From Hyphochytrium catenoides (Eukaryota > Protista > Hyphochytriomycota), in the NCBI GenBank assembly GCA_900088475.1, contig FLMG01001670.1:1-64000 (forward strand): a stretch of DNA of 64,000 nt. Direction: 5' to 3'. The notes beneath the pieces were generated by a model that ran no database searches, had not been told where the DNA came from, and was given only the letters and a program-made list of their open reading frames with translations. The first letter of the stretch is position 1. The number at the start of each line of letters is the position of its first letter. The translations under genes and the position numbers were made by a program. Positions 13,201 through 24,515 of this stretch are shown piece after piece.

Positions 13201-14835
13201 CAACTTATGTGCCTCTTTGTGCCATGCTCCCCTCTCTCTATTATCGCGTCTTGGTGCCTTGTCGGTGTATGCCTTGTAGGTGTATGCTGTGCCGCTAAGG
13301 CACTTTCTATCCGTAAAGCTCTCCTTCTGGAGCCATTCCCAGCTCTAACGTCTCTTTCGCTTTTTTTTGTTGTACCTTCCTCGTCTCCGTACCTACAGCT
13401 TCTAAAGCAGCAGCAGACAGAACGGGAGTGTTTCAGTGCCAAGTGCAGGGCCGCGCAATCTGCCTTTGTTAACGTAACAGGTGGAGAGTTCCGACGATTG
13501 CTGGGTGAACAGCAACAGCAGTTGCAGAGACTTCGTCTGCCTTTGATGTTTGAGACTGCCGATGTGGAGAAAGTGGAGCTGCAGCGTCATCTAGTTCAAT
13601 TGATTCTGACCGCCAAGCAGATGAGTGGCAGAGGTGGGAGTCAGTTGCTCGACATACGTTCTCTCTTTCATTTCATCGCGTCCTCATCACTGTGTATGAC
13701 TCTTTGGACTTAGTCAATCTTTGGTTTAACCTAGCTGCAGAAGAGGTGATGGGTCTTCACGGTATCTGGTATCTTTTCTCTCCATCGCAGTATACTGCTG
13801 CTTGACAGAGGAAGATATCGTCCACCTCCACTTTGCTCCATTATACCGACGTGTTCCCCCGTACTTCTGCGGCCACCGCCTTCTTATCAACTCTTCGTCC
13901 AGGTCCTCAGCAGTCCCCTACAGAGTCCTATGCAGCTGCCAGGGGCGCATCAGCCTATCCTACACAGCCTGCTGCGTACAGTCCAAGGCATGAGCCTAGT
14001 CCTCACTCTCCCCCACCACCAACTTCAGATGTATATCCATCTCATCGACAGGCACTAGACAGAGCGCCTGGCCACTATCCCGCCCCTGTTAGCCAGCAAA
14101 GAGATTCAAGAAAGAGGCCGCATCCCGAGAGCTATGCTCATCCTTCCCCAGCTCCTGAAGGGACTCAAGGGTACTATAGACAGGACACAAGAGCAGCGGG
14201 ATACTATGACGAGAGAGGGAGAGAGGAGGCGAGAGGAGGGCGAGGGCAAAGAAGAAGCTTAGCTAGTGGAGAAGAGAGATTTGGTAGAGCTGAGGGAGGA
14301 AGAAATGTTATAAACCGAGGTGATTATCCAGACGATAGAGACGTTAGAGGGGGATACGGAGGAGGTGCGGTCAGTTACTCCGCAGGAGGTTACGACGGAG
14401 GAAGAAGAGGATACGGAGAGAAGGGAAGACCGTACAGCTATCCCGGAGGCGGAGGACGGGGTGGAGAAGGATACGGAGGCCCAGTCGGAGGGGAAAGTGA
14501 GTGGAGCCCCAATAGAGGAGCTTGGCGAGGTAAGAGCGTCTCTTGCATCTAAGTCATCAGCTCCTTTGTCTAGCACATCTCTGCTCCTTCCCGTTGTTTG
14601 CTCTCGGGATGGATCGACCCTCGCTCGTTCTATCACTATCACTTATCATCCTGACTCACTTTCACTTACTTTCTCTCTCTTCACGTCACGTGATGCTTTA
14701 GAAGGAGGCGGCGCTGCCCAGTCCGGCCCGTACTACCAACAGGGACAGGGTAGAGGAGGACGTGGTGGCCCGAGAGGAAGAAGTGGCTCTCAAGGCCCTC
14801 CGCCATATGGGGGTTACCCTCCAGGCCCTTACTGA
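10252..14835 (+). CDS. Multi-exon protein: HAT/TPR repeats, Pro-rich linker, DGCR6-like domain, RGG/YGG low-complexity tail
   Basis: Spliced exons give HLWCEFADMEKTLKQFKQAVKVFESAI and VWIRYAEYYVERQKHGNANKVFLRAI (HAT-like), then a long P/S-rich exon. Next comes LVNLSEVLQDRSVFDRVQALYDAQ...EQQQQLQRLRLPLMFETADVEKVELQRHLVQLIL (DGCR6-like). The tail reads RGGYGGG...GRGGRGGPRGR...YGGYPPGPY*. An N-gap lies at 10386-10407. Confidence 0.8.
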
Positions 14836-15140
14836 TAGCGTCCCTCATGTATATCCTCTTCTACACTATACATAAGCTGATCTATGGGCACAGCACGTCC
14901 TCAGCATTCAATCCGTGCTACTTTCCCCTCATGTCATCTCTCTCTCTCTTTGTCTCCCTCCTTTTTCTCGTCTGTCTCTTTCTCTCTTGCTTTTCTGTCG
15001 CTATCTTTCGTGCTTTTCTATCTTGCTATGCGAGTGGGGAGCATCTCAGCGAGCGCTATTGCCTTTCTCTCCTTTCTACTATAGCTTCGTCGTTATGAGG
15101 CTTGTCAGATGTGAGTCAGGAGGGAAGGCAACGAGACTAC

Positions 15141-16194
15141 TTAGTCATTAGAGCGACTCCTTGAGCGGGTTCTACCTCTTCTTCTCTCTTCATCTCTAGA
15201 ACGGCGGACGGGACTGTTAGAGCGTGAGTGTGATGGGGCAGGACCAAGGTCCTCATCTCCGTCTCTGTCTCTCCTCCGGTGAAGATGATGCTCATTTAAC
15301 AGAGGAAATTTTTCTTCTTCTTCTAGGCCTCGGGGGGATTGTACCCAGCGCCTACTTCTACCACGGAACTCTTGGTCTCTGTCGTGGTGGAATGGCATGT
15401 GGCCAATAAGCGACGAAAAGAGCAAGAGTTGCTTGAGTTACTCAGAACAGAGGTCCATATGGTAGCGAAGAGTGGGCGAGAGTCTTGGGTCAAAGAGAAG
15501 GAGGACTGTCTAAAGATCGTCGGGGGAAGAGATAGAAAGAGGGACTGGTACTAGAGTGACACTTACTTTGGCGATGGCAGCGTGGTCATCAGTCTCTTTG
15601 GGCTGCTGCTGCGTGATCTGCTCCTGTCTCTTCTACTTGGAAGCTCCCGCTCAGGACTATCGCTGTCACTTTCCATGCTAGACTGCCTACTCTTGGACAC
15701 CCTCGACGGAGAAGAGCCACTTCTGCTGTGTCTCGGGCTTGGTACCGGCCGAAAGGATATCTGAACCTGGGAGGAACCGGAAAGTGGATCATCAATGGCA
15801 AGAGACGGATGAGAGCAAGGCCCAAGTGCAGGGTGTGCGTTAGAGAGGTATGATGGCAGGTAACTTCAGAGCTTGCTCTCTCTAACTATCCGTGCACGGG
15901 ATGCTTACCTCCACTCGTTCTTTTCCTAACCTCGCCGGGTTCTTCTGGAAGTACCTGAAAGTATTTAGTGCCTGCTCTTCAGTGTCAAACTCCACGTATG
16001 CGAAGCCAAAGGGCTGCAGGAAGAAGAGTATCAGCCGGTCGATCGTCTTTCCAAAGGGATGGACCGCCTACCTCCTGGGAAATCCAAAGGCTAGACACTG
16101 GCCCGCACACAGCAAACTCCGCCTCCAGTTCTGCATCGCCTACATCTTGAGGAACACCTTCGATGTAAAGTCTCTTTCTCCCATGGGGAGCCAT
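15141..16194 (-). CDS. SR-like splicing factor (one RRM plus RS-rich tail)
   Basis: RNP2-like LYIEGV in MAPHGRKRLYIEGVPQDVGDAELEAEF. RNP1 PFGFAYVEF follows an intron. Tail contains RRDRSRSRSSSP and RGRTRSRSRSND*. Confidence 0.85.
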
Positions 16195-16718
16195 TGAATC
16201 AGCGCCAGCTCCTCGCCTAACCTAACAGACTGCTCAGAAACCACCTCCGCCCCTCTAATCTCCAGCGTACTCACTGCAGCGGCAATAGGGAACGAGTCAA
16301 TAATATAAAGACTCTAACTGCCTGCTATCGGGGATTCAGAAACTCAGAATCTGGACAATCTTCAACCCAGAAAGCCAAAGCTCCTCGAGTCTGCCATCAG
16401 TTCTCCGGATCAAAGGGTTTGATTATCGCTTACTTTACAGATTTTTTCAAGCTTTTCAGATCTTCTACGACAGTTTCTCTTTTCTCTTTTCTTGGTTTCT
16501 TCGTTTTTGAGCTTTTCAGATCTTCAGATCTTCACATTGTGCTCTGTGCTCTGTGGCTCGGACAACTTTTAGGAGTTAGAAGTTCCTCCAAGAGGTCCAT
16601 GGCCTTCGTCGGCTGCTTTCGTCTCGGTGATGTGACTCGTTGGCATGCCTATAGTGAGGGGCTGGCCAAAGCCATAATAAGGCATTTCACTCTGTTACTC
16701 AGGGAGTTACTACGGTGC

Positions 16719-18617
16719 TTAGTGTTTGCGCTGACGCTTAAGAAAACTCGTAATCTTTGTGCCATTTCTTGGGGCTTTTTCGGCTGACCCTCTCCTTTTG
16801 TTGGTCGGCTTCCAGCCGCTAGGCCGTCCACCCATGCCTGTTCTTTCCAAAGCAGCTTCTCTCTCCTTGTGAGGACCCTCTTCTTCATTTTCTGCATCAG
16901 ATGGGTCCCCTACATTGCCATGCCCTGCCCGATGCTCCTGGTAACTTGCCTTCAGCCGAGCAATGTTTTGTTTCCTAGCCTGGTCATGATCCACAATGGG
17001 CTTTGGATAGTCTTTCCCTATAATGCACTTGGCTCTCTCTTGTACCAACCTTGGGGCCTTCCATGGCTCGTAGATATACTGGGTAGGGTAATCGGCTAGC
17101 TGGGGAAGGTACTTACGAATGTACTCTCCGCTGGGGTCAGTCTTCTTCCCAAAGGATATGGGGCTGTATATGCGGAAGTACTGGTTGAAGTACGCGCTAG
17201 CGGACAGCCACATCCAGTTCCCAGCGTTCAGGCTCCAGTCCGAATCCAAGAGCCACTCTTCAAACACAAGCTTCCCATCCACCCAGGAAACGTAGAGATC
17301 ACCTCTAGTCAAAAAGCAAGCCACTGCATGCCTAGCTAGGTGGTGAATCCAACCCTCTCTTCGTAGCTGCGTCATGATTGCGTCTATAAAGGGATAGCCG
17401 GTCCTCCCATCCTTCCAAGCCTGAAGATAGGCTACGTTGTTTTCCCAGCCAATCTGCCTGCACACAGGATTGCCTATCATTTTGTCGAAGTTGGGCGTGA
17501 AATAACCTTGGAGATGAAAGAACTCCCTCCACAAGAGCTGGCCGTGAAGAGAGACTGGAGGCATAGTGTGCAGCTTCTTCCTCATCTTACACTCGTCATA
17601 GACATCCTTTAAGCGGTAGTAGAACTCTCGTGGGGAGAGGCACCCGAGCATTAGATAGGGACTCAACACAGTGGTGCTGGGGGCCAAAGAGTTAGGCGCC
17701 GTCTTCGGCTTTGCAAACTTCCAAACCCACTCCTTTTTCTCCAAGTACTCAGACATCCTCCGAAGGGCTTCGGTCTCCCCTCCGGGATACAGCAGCGGTC
17801 CACAGTCTGCCTTCTTCACCCCCACCTCCTCTAAGGTGGGCACCTTCCCGCTTATGCCTGGTATGGGTTCATCTGGGGTTCCAGGCGGCATCAAAGATTC
17901 AGGAGGATCCAATGGCTTTTGAGGGAAGCCCATCCTATCTAAGGTCTTGAGCATATTTTGATAGTTTCCTGGCACTGCCCCGAAGTTGGCTTCTCGGACG
18001 CTAATCAAGGACGGGAGGAAAGACAAGGGATTGTTAGAAAGGAGCTGGACAGAGAGAGCCTCTAGGAGGGATGCACCAGCCCGGTGTGCACTGCTAAGGG
18101 ATGACGTCCTCTGTTCTGTACCTGTCGAGGTCATACAAAGTGTGTCCCCACGTCTTCATGACTTCAACCTTGTGTTCTGCCGCCAAATCGTCAACGGCAG
18201 GGTCCCGCCTCCTTGCATACTCAGTCGTATCAATCTCGTAAGCTAGGCGAGTGATCTTCCACCTAGAGAAGAGCTTGGGAAAGACTTCGGGGCTCACAGG
18301 GTCGCCCCTCAGCACAAATAGCCTTTGTTTTAAGGGTTAGAGAAGGTGAGCTATGAATATATGTTATTTGAAAGCAGAGTATCCTACCGCGAATTGTGCT
18401 TCCGTAGAGAGGTATCTAGGTCAGTCAGGCTTTGGAGGAGAAAACGCCATCGATTGGCCCCAATGAGTTCCTCACTGGCTGTATCAATGATGAAGACAGG
18501 CCATAAATTTGTTGTGCCGCTGAGCGCTCTCAGTAACGAAGGGTTATCGTGCAGTCGGAGTGCCTTACGGAACCAGTAGATGGTGTTATGTCCGCGAAGG
18601 CTGTCGGCCTTGACCAT
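16719..18617 (-). CDS. (6-4) photolyase / animal-like cryptochrome (CPF1/aCRY type), 3 exons
   Basis: Motifs WFRKALRLHDNP, LSPYLMLGCLS, GQLLWREFF, GRTGYPFIDAIMTQL, WIHHLARHAVACFLTRGDLYVSW and NAGNWMWLS. Intron 1 is 18323-18387; intron 2 is ~18001-18121. Confidence 0.97.
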
Positions 18618-19687
18618 TTTGTCGCCTTACTGTTGAACAAGTAAGAGCAGTTCGATAGGCAGGTCCTCTTGGCTGTTCGTTTGTGCTGTGCAACGTTTAC
18701 AGATTCCGTGTCCGTAACAGGACAGGGTCTCGAGCTGTCTCATGCGTCAATGGCCAGCCTGAACAGCGAGAAGATGAAGATTCGGTGGGCGATGAGCGGA
18801 GAACAGTCGGATGACACTTGATGACAGTGCGCGGCCAGGGAACAGTTGGACTGACAGAAGGCCACACCTCTAACTTGAGATCCTGCCTCCAGCTGTCAAT
18901 CGCTCCTCGAAGCCTTTGACGAGTTCGGAGGATGACGTAAGAAAAACGGATGTGCAAAATATATCTTTCACACCGTTCTGATGTAAATATTGTGAAGAAT
19001 TTGGGGTACACTTTGCTTATTTCACAAAAGAACAACCTTCCAACTGTGCTGTAAATTTACCATTTTCTTGCCCTACTTTGAATCTCACGGCTATACTTCA
19101 CAATTGGCGATTCTTGTCGATCAAGCTCTACTCGTAGGATGTAATTCCTGCACTAGCTGATGTCCCATGGACTTTCTAAGCAGCACAGCGCCCTGCAGCC
19201 TCACTACTTCATGCCCGGCTGGTCGGGCGCTCCAAGCTTATCGAGTGCAGACAGGCTCATCTTTATCAGGAGACGACTTCATTGTTGAAAGCTTGGATCG
19301 ACACCAGCAACACTGACGAACCGTCAGTGGTGGTATGAGCCAAATGAGAGACCCATTGCTCTTAGTCTGGTAGGAAGCAGTAGACTCTAATCCTGACAGA
19401 TATCGGCGGTCGATTCCTGTCGAACTGCACATAAGCGCTTTTAAACGGCGCCTTAGCCAGGTGTTAATAACAGGTTTGACAACCAGACTCTGTGCTTGAC
19501 TAGAAAATGGCACAATTACTTCCAACCCATCGATCCATACAAAGCAGCACGATACTTAATCAGATACAGACGATGAGTTCCATCGTTGCGAGGCCAAGAA
19601 CGTCTGGTTGGGAAGGGGAGCCAATGCAAGAGACTACGGCTCAGGGCAGTATCTAATGTGGTGTTACAATCAGCGTTAGAAGTTTAG

Positions 19688-20798
<1,111 letters not shown>

Positions 20799-21489
20799 TG
20801 TATTGTATAGGATTCCAGGACCCCTTGTCGTCAGCTCAAAATCAAGTCCTAGTCCTCAGTTACCAGATCTCAGGGCTGCTACAAACCGCAACCCACGCAC
20901 CTCCAGAAACAGCTGGTGTATCTCTAGAGCTCCGATGGAGATAGGCCGTTCTTCGTCAGTGATCTGGGATCTCCATTGAGCTCTTGCAGATGCCTCAAAA
21001 TCAATAACATAACAAGGTCAAAGCCAGCCTTTGCTATCGGCCGGTGAAATGACTGACAAGCGCAACACAACGAAACTGTACCTTACAATCTGGCAAACAG
21101 TATACTTACGATTTAGCTGCACGAGGCACTAGCGGGTAACGCCCAGGAAAAGCAAGGCCCAGCTACTATTGGTCATAAGAGCCATTATTATTCATGATAT
21201 CATGCATTTCTCATGCAGAAAGTGTACGCCAGTCAGTCTGTCCGTCAGTTCCCAGCATCACATCACAGAGTTCGACATTACAGTCAGTCATACAGACAGC
21301 AAACAGCACACCGAAGGCTCCAGAAAGCAGATTTGCTGACGAAGCTTTATTGAAGCGCTTCATTCACCGATACTTCCCAAACCTCGAGCTTTCTTTAGCA
21401 GCTTCGACAGTTTATCGCCACAGCTTGATCCGAGGAATCGCATCAGCAGGTGCTGTACGGAGTACGAGCTATATTTACTTAATAGAACC
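20799..21489. promoter_or_regulatory. Putative bidirectional promoter between NDUFV2 and QCR6
   Basis: 691 bp between divergent ATGs. GTCAGTC occurs at 21232 and 21283 and in reverse at 21051. A 12-bp palindrome CATGATATCATG lies at 21193-21204. Confidence 0.55.
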
Positions 21490-21850
21490 ATGGTAAGACT
21501 AGACTGCTCTTCTCTATGCCTTGCCCTCCGCCACCGAGTATTGCATCTAGTCAGTGTCTGTGGGATACCTAAGCTAACTTTATGCCCCTATTGCAGTCGG
21601 ACCCAGTAGACCCTATGCCACGGATCAGAGAGGCTTGCGAGCCTAAGTGCAAAGCAGAAAGCAAGTTATATCAGGAGTGCGTTGAGAGAGTTACAGCCCG
21701 CGGCGACGGCGACTGCGAGGGCCAATACTTTGAGTTCCTCAAGTGCATCGACAAATGCGTAAGTCACACAGCTGCTACACGGTGGCGTTATAATAGGACT
21801 GACGCACTTGTCTCTAGTCTGCTCCCCAGATCTTCAAGCACTTGAAATAA
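21490..21850 (+). CDS. QCR6: Cytochrome bc1 complex hinge subunit, 3 exons (first coding exon is the ATG alone)
   Basis: ATG, then intron 21493-21596, then SDPVDPMPRIREACEPKCKAESKLYQECVERVTARGDGDCEGQYFEFLKCIDKC, a second intron, and SAPQIFKHLK*. The Cys pattern and C-terminal IFxxLK are typical of UQCRH/QCR6. Confidence 0.95.
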
Positions 21851-22436
21851 GATCGTACATAATCTAACCACTATGGAGCTGCTCTTGTGAGTGCCCATAT
21901 TTCCTATCAGAGCGAAGAGGAGGAGTCCTATTGTTTTCCTTATCTGCGTACTGGGTGCCTAGCGAGGGGTGCATCATTGATAGTGTCAAGCAAACGAAGC
22001 AGGAGGATAAAACGTTAGCAAAGCTAAATTACGGAGTCAATCTACTCTAGAGTTGACATAGTGCAGATAGTGAAGCAGTAATTTGCCGCTGCATGGACTT
22101 GCCCATTTGTCTTCGACCCTGTATGACCTCTTGTCGGTCAACCTCTATCAAAACTAGGTCCTTCAGGTCATACTTTTCTTCTTTTGCTTCCTTGCCCGCT
22201 TTCAAGGCAGGAAGTTCTGTAGTCAAGCTCTCCTTGCTTTTGCTTAGTGAAACTCGATAGCGAGGGACGTCGTCCGATATTTGTCACAAGCATTGGCAAA
22301 GAAAGGCGCATAATACTAAGGCGAACGCTCTTGCGGATATGGTGCCTTTGGGTCTCTGCCATGCATGTAGCGCCCTCAATACTCTATCTGGGAAATCTCA
22401 ACAGATACACCGAGATGAGGACGAGAAATTTTAGCA

Positions 22437-23699
22437 TTAGAAGTTCTTGTTCATTGCGTTCTGAGGTATGAGGGCCACTCTGTCTCCACGTCTGCTGGTC
22501 CCTGGTCCTTGATAGACGTAGATCACGGGCTGGATATGGTACCGAAGAATGTTCTCTACAACTTTTTCTGTTACTCCTAGGCGCTCCGCTATTGTCTTCG
22601 TGTCTGCCTTGTCCTCATAACTCAGCGAGAAGAGGCTCGATATCTCTACCGCGGTCAGTCTCTTTTTTATCACGGGTCGTGGACTCGGAGCGCTGGCAGC
22701 CGGGCTGGGGGCCAGCGTCATGCTTGGTGGTAAACGCTGCTCAAAGGCAGCAAAGTCCTAAGTCAAGGTCCAGAGAACAACAAGATAGTGAGCAGCAGAA
22801 GGCTGCAATAAGAAAACAGAGCCTTGAGTGGAGTACACTTCGAAGCGGCGCACAAAGAAGCAAAACAGTCATAACAGAAGACGATGAGCAACCATACGGT
22901 TATGGAAAAGAGCTCGGAGGACAGTGTCACACATACAATCTTCCTGGATGTTCCTTGCGGCGCCGACTTAATATCCATTCTTGCCATAATTTGCTTGGCG
23001 GCGTCTGCCAATGGATCTGTGACGGAACAGCGCGAGCGACACCAGGAAGTAAGGGGTGATAATGTACCAACAAGCGCGAGGATGGAAGTTAGCCCGTGAA
23101 GGACGGAGCTCAGGTAAGGTCTGTAGATAGTTGCGGGCAGGCTATGGGAAGATGAGAACCATTTGAACCTCTCATAAGAAGAAGACGTGCGGAGAAGGCA
23201 AGAGCCTGAGACTAGGACAGAGATTAGAGACAAGAAAATTTTGCCTAGACCCCCTGACGCCGACGCACCTGTGCTACTCGAGACCACGTTCTTCATTTCT
23301 TCGGGCACGTCTTGCTGTCGGGCTGCCCAGTGTGTCATTGAAAGGGTTAATCTCCATAGCTTTAAGTTGATGCATTCCACATTACAGGCTTTTCTTACAT
23401 CGAGGGCTCTTGCGTCCGAAGGAGTCAACAGGCGTCGCGTCATACCGCGGGCCTAAGTCAGCGAGTTTTTCCACAGTTTCCTATGTAGTCCCGGCAAAAA
23501 TAGGCATCAGCGCTGACCCAAATCAGTCTAGTCAAACGTCAAACAATGTGGATGTTGCCATTGTGTCCCATGAGGTACGGACGGCTCTTACCTTTGCTCC
23601 TCCTTTCACAGCATGACCTGAGGTTGGAGGTGTAGGTATGTCCTTGCCGAGTCGCTTTACTCCCTCAGTGGTCAACCTTTTCGAGGCTCGCTGACCCAT
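22437..23699 (-). CDS. NDUFAF4-like (UPF0240) complex I assembly factor, about 5 exons
   Basis: Stitched product: MGQRASKRLTTEGVKRLGKDIPTPPTSGPRYD...DPLADAAKQIMARMDIKS...RLPPS...KKRLTAVEISSLFSLSYEDKADTKTIAERLGVTEKVVENILRYHIQP. It matches the remembered NDUFAF4 layout: MG start, DP..D...M.R, RLP, then a helix-turn-helix-like IAExxxxxxxxVxxILxY C-terminus. Confidence 0.7.
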
Positions 23700-24515
23700 A
23701 CTTACCAGCTCTGCTGTACCTCAAGGCCGACGAGGCCTGGTAGATTCCGCGACGCTTTCTAGGGATATAAGTCTTCTGTCTCCTACCTACTCCACCAGGC
23801 GATGGCCACGATTAGCCCCGCATGTCCACCATACAGAACGAACAGCACAAGTTGCGCACTGCAGTGTGAAGAGGTAGGACCGGCGCTTGGTGTAGATAGG
23901 AACAGAAGGCAGAAGGTTCTTTAGGAAGACGCTTATGAGTCTTCAGAATGCCGGAGTCGCTCGTCTGGGAGCAGCATCAGAATTCTCTGACAACGGATCT
24001 GCAGCTCTGAGGGAGGAAGAGTTATGAAGATCATGAAACCTTCGCCGATGAAGGTTTGAAATGAAATCTTTCTTTATTGATAAAGGGTCTTGTGGTAGGG
24101 ATGAAGCTTTGTGAGGAAACAATCAGAAGGAAATAAAGGCTTTGTGAATCTGTTGGAGAACTTGGCGATGCCCAACATTGAGAGGAGACGGAGATCAATC
24201 GAGGGAGAGAAAGGCCAATAGCAAAAGCAACAGCAGAGCCAAGAAGAGACTTGACAGCGAAGAGCTCAGATGCGTAGATCCCTGTCGGCAACACTCTTTG
24301 ACGGTCTCAATTGGATTGAGCTCGACAATATCGAACCCTGTCTGTAGCTGATTGAGCCGCCTTATTCCTTTTCCGAGGTGGAGACGACGAAGGCGAGCTG
24401 CTGAGTAACATCGTCTTCATCTGAGTATAAGCTCCGCTGTAGTGCTTCTAGTAGCTGCCCCGTTATGAGGGTGGCCGCTTAGATTAAGTCTGTCCAGCTG
24501 ACTCGCTAGTAGAGG

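Noticed and set aside
22763-23443. 226-aa ORF as a single-exon membrane protein
   Set aside because: Read-through of pyrimidine-rich introns of the NDUFAF4-like gene; the hydrophobic parts are intronic.
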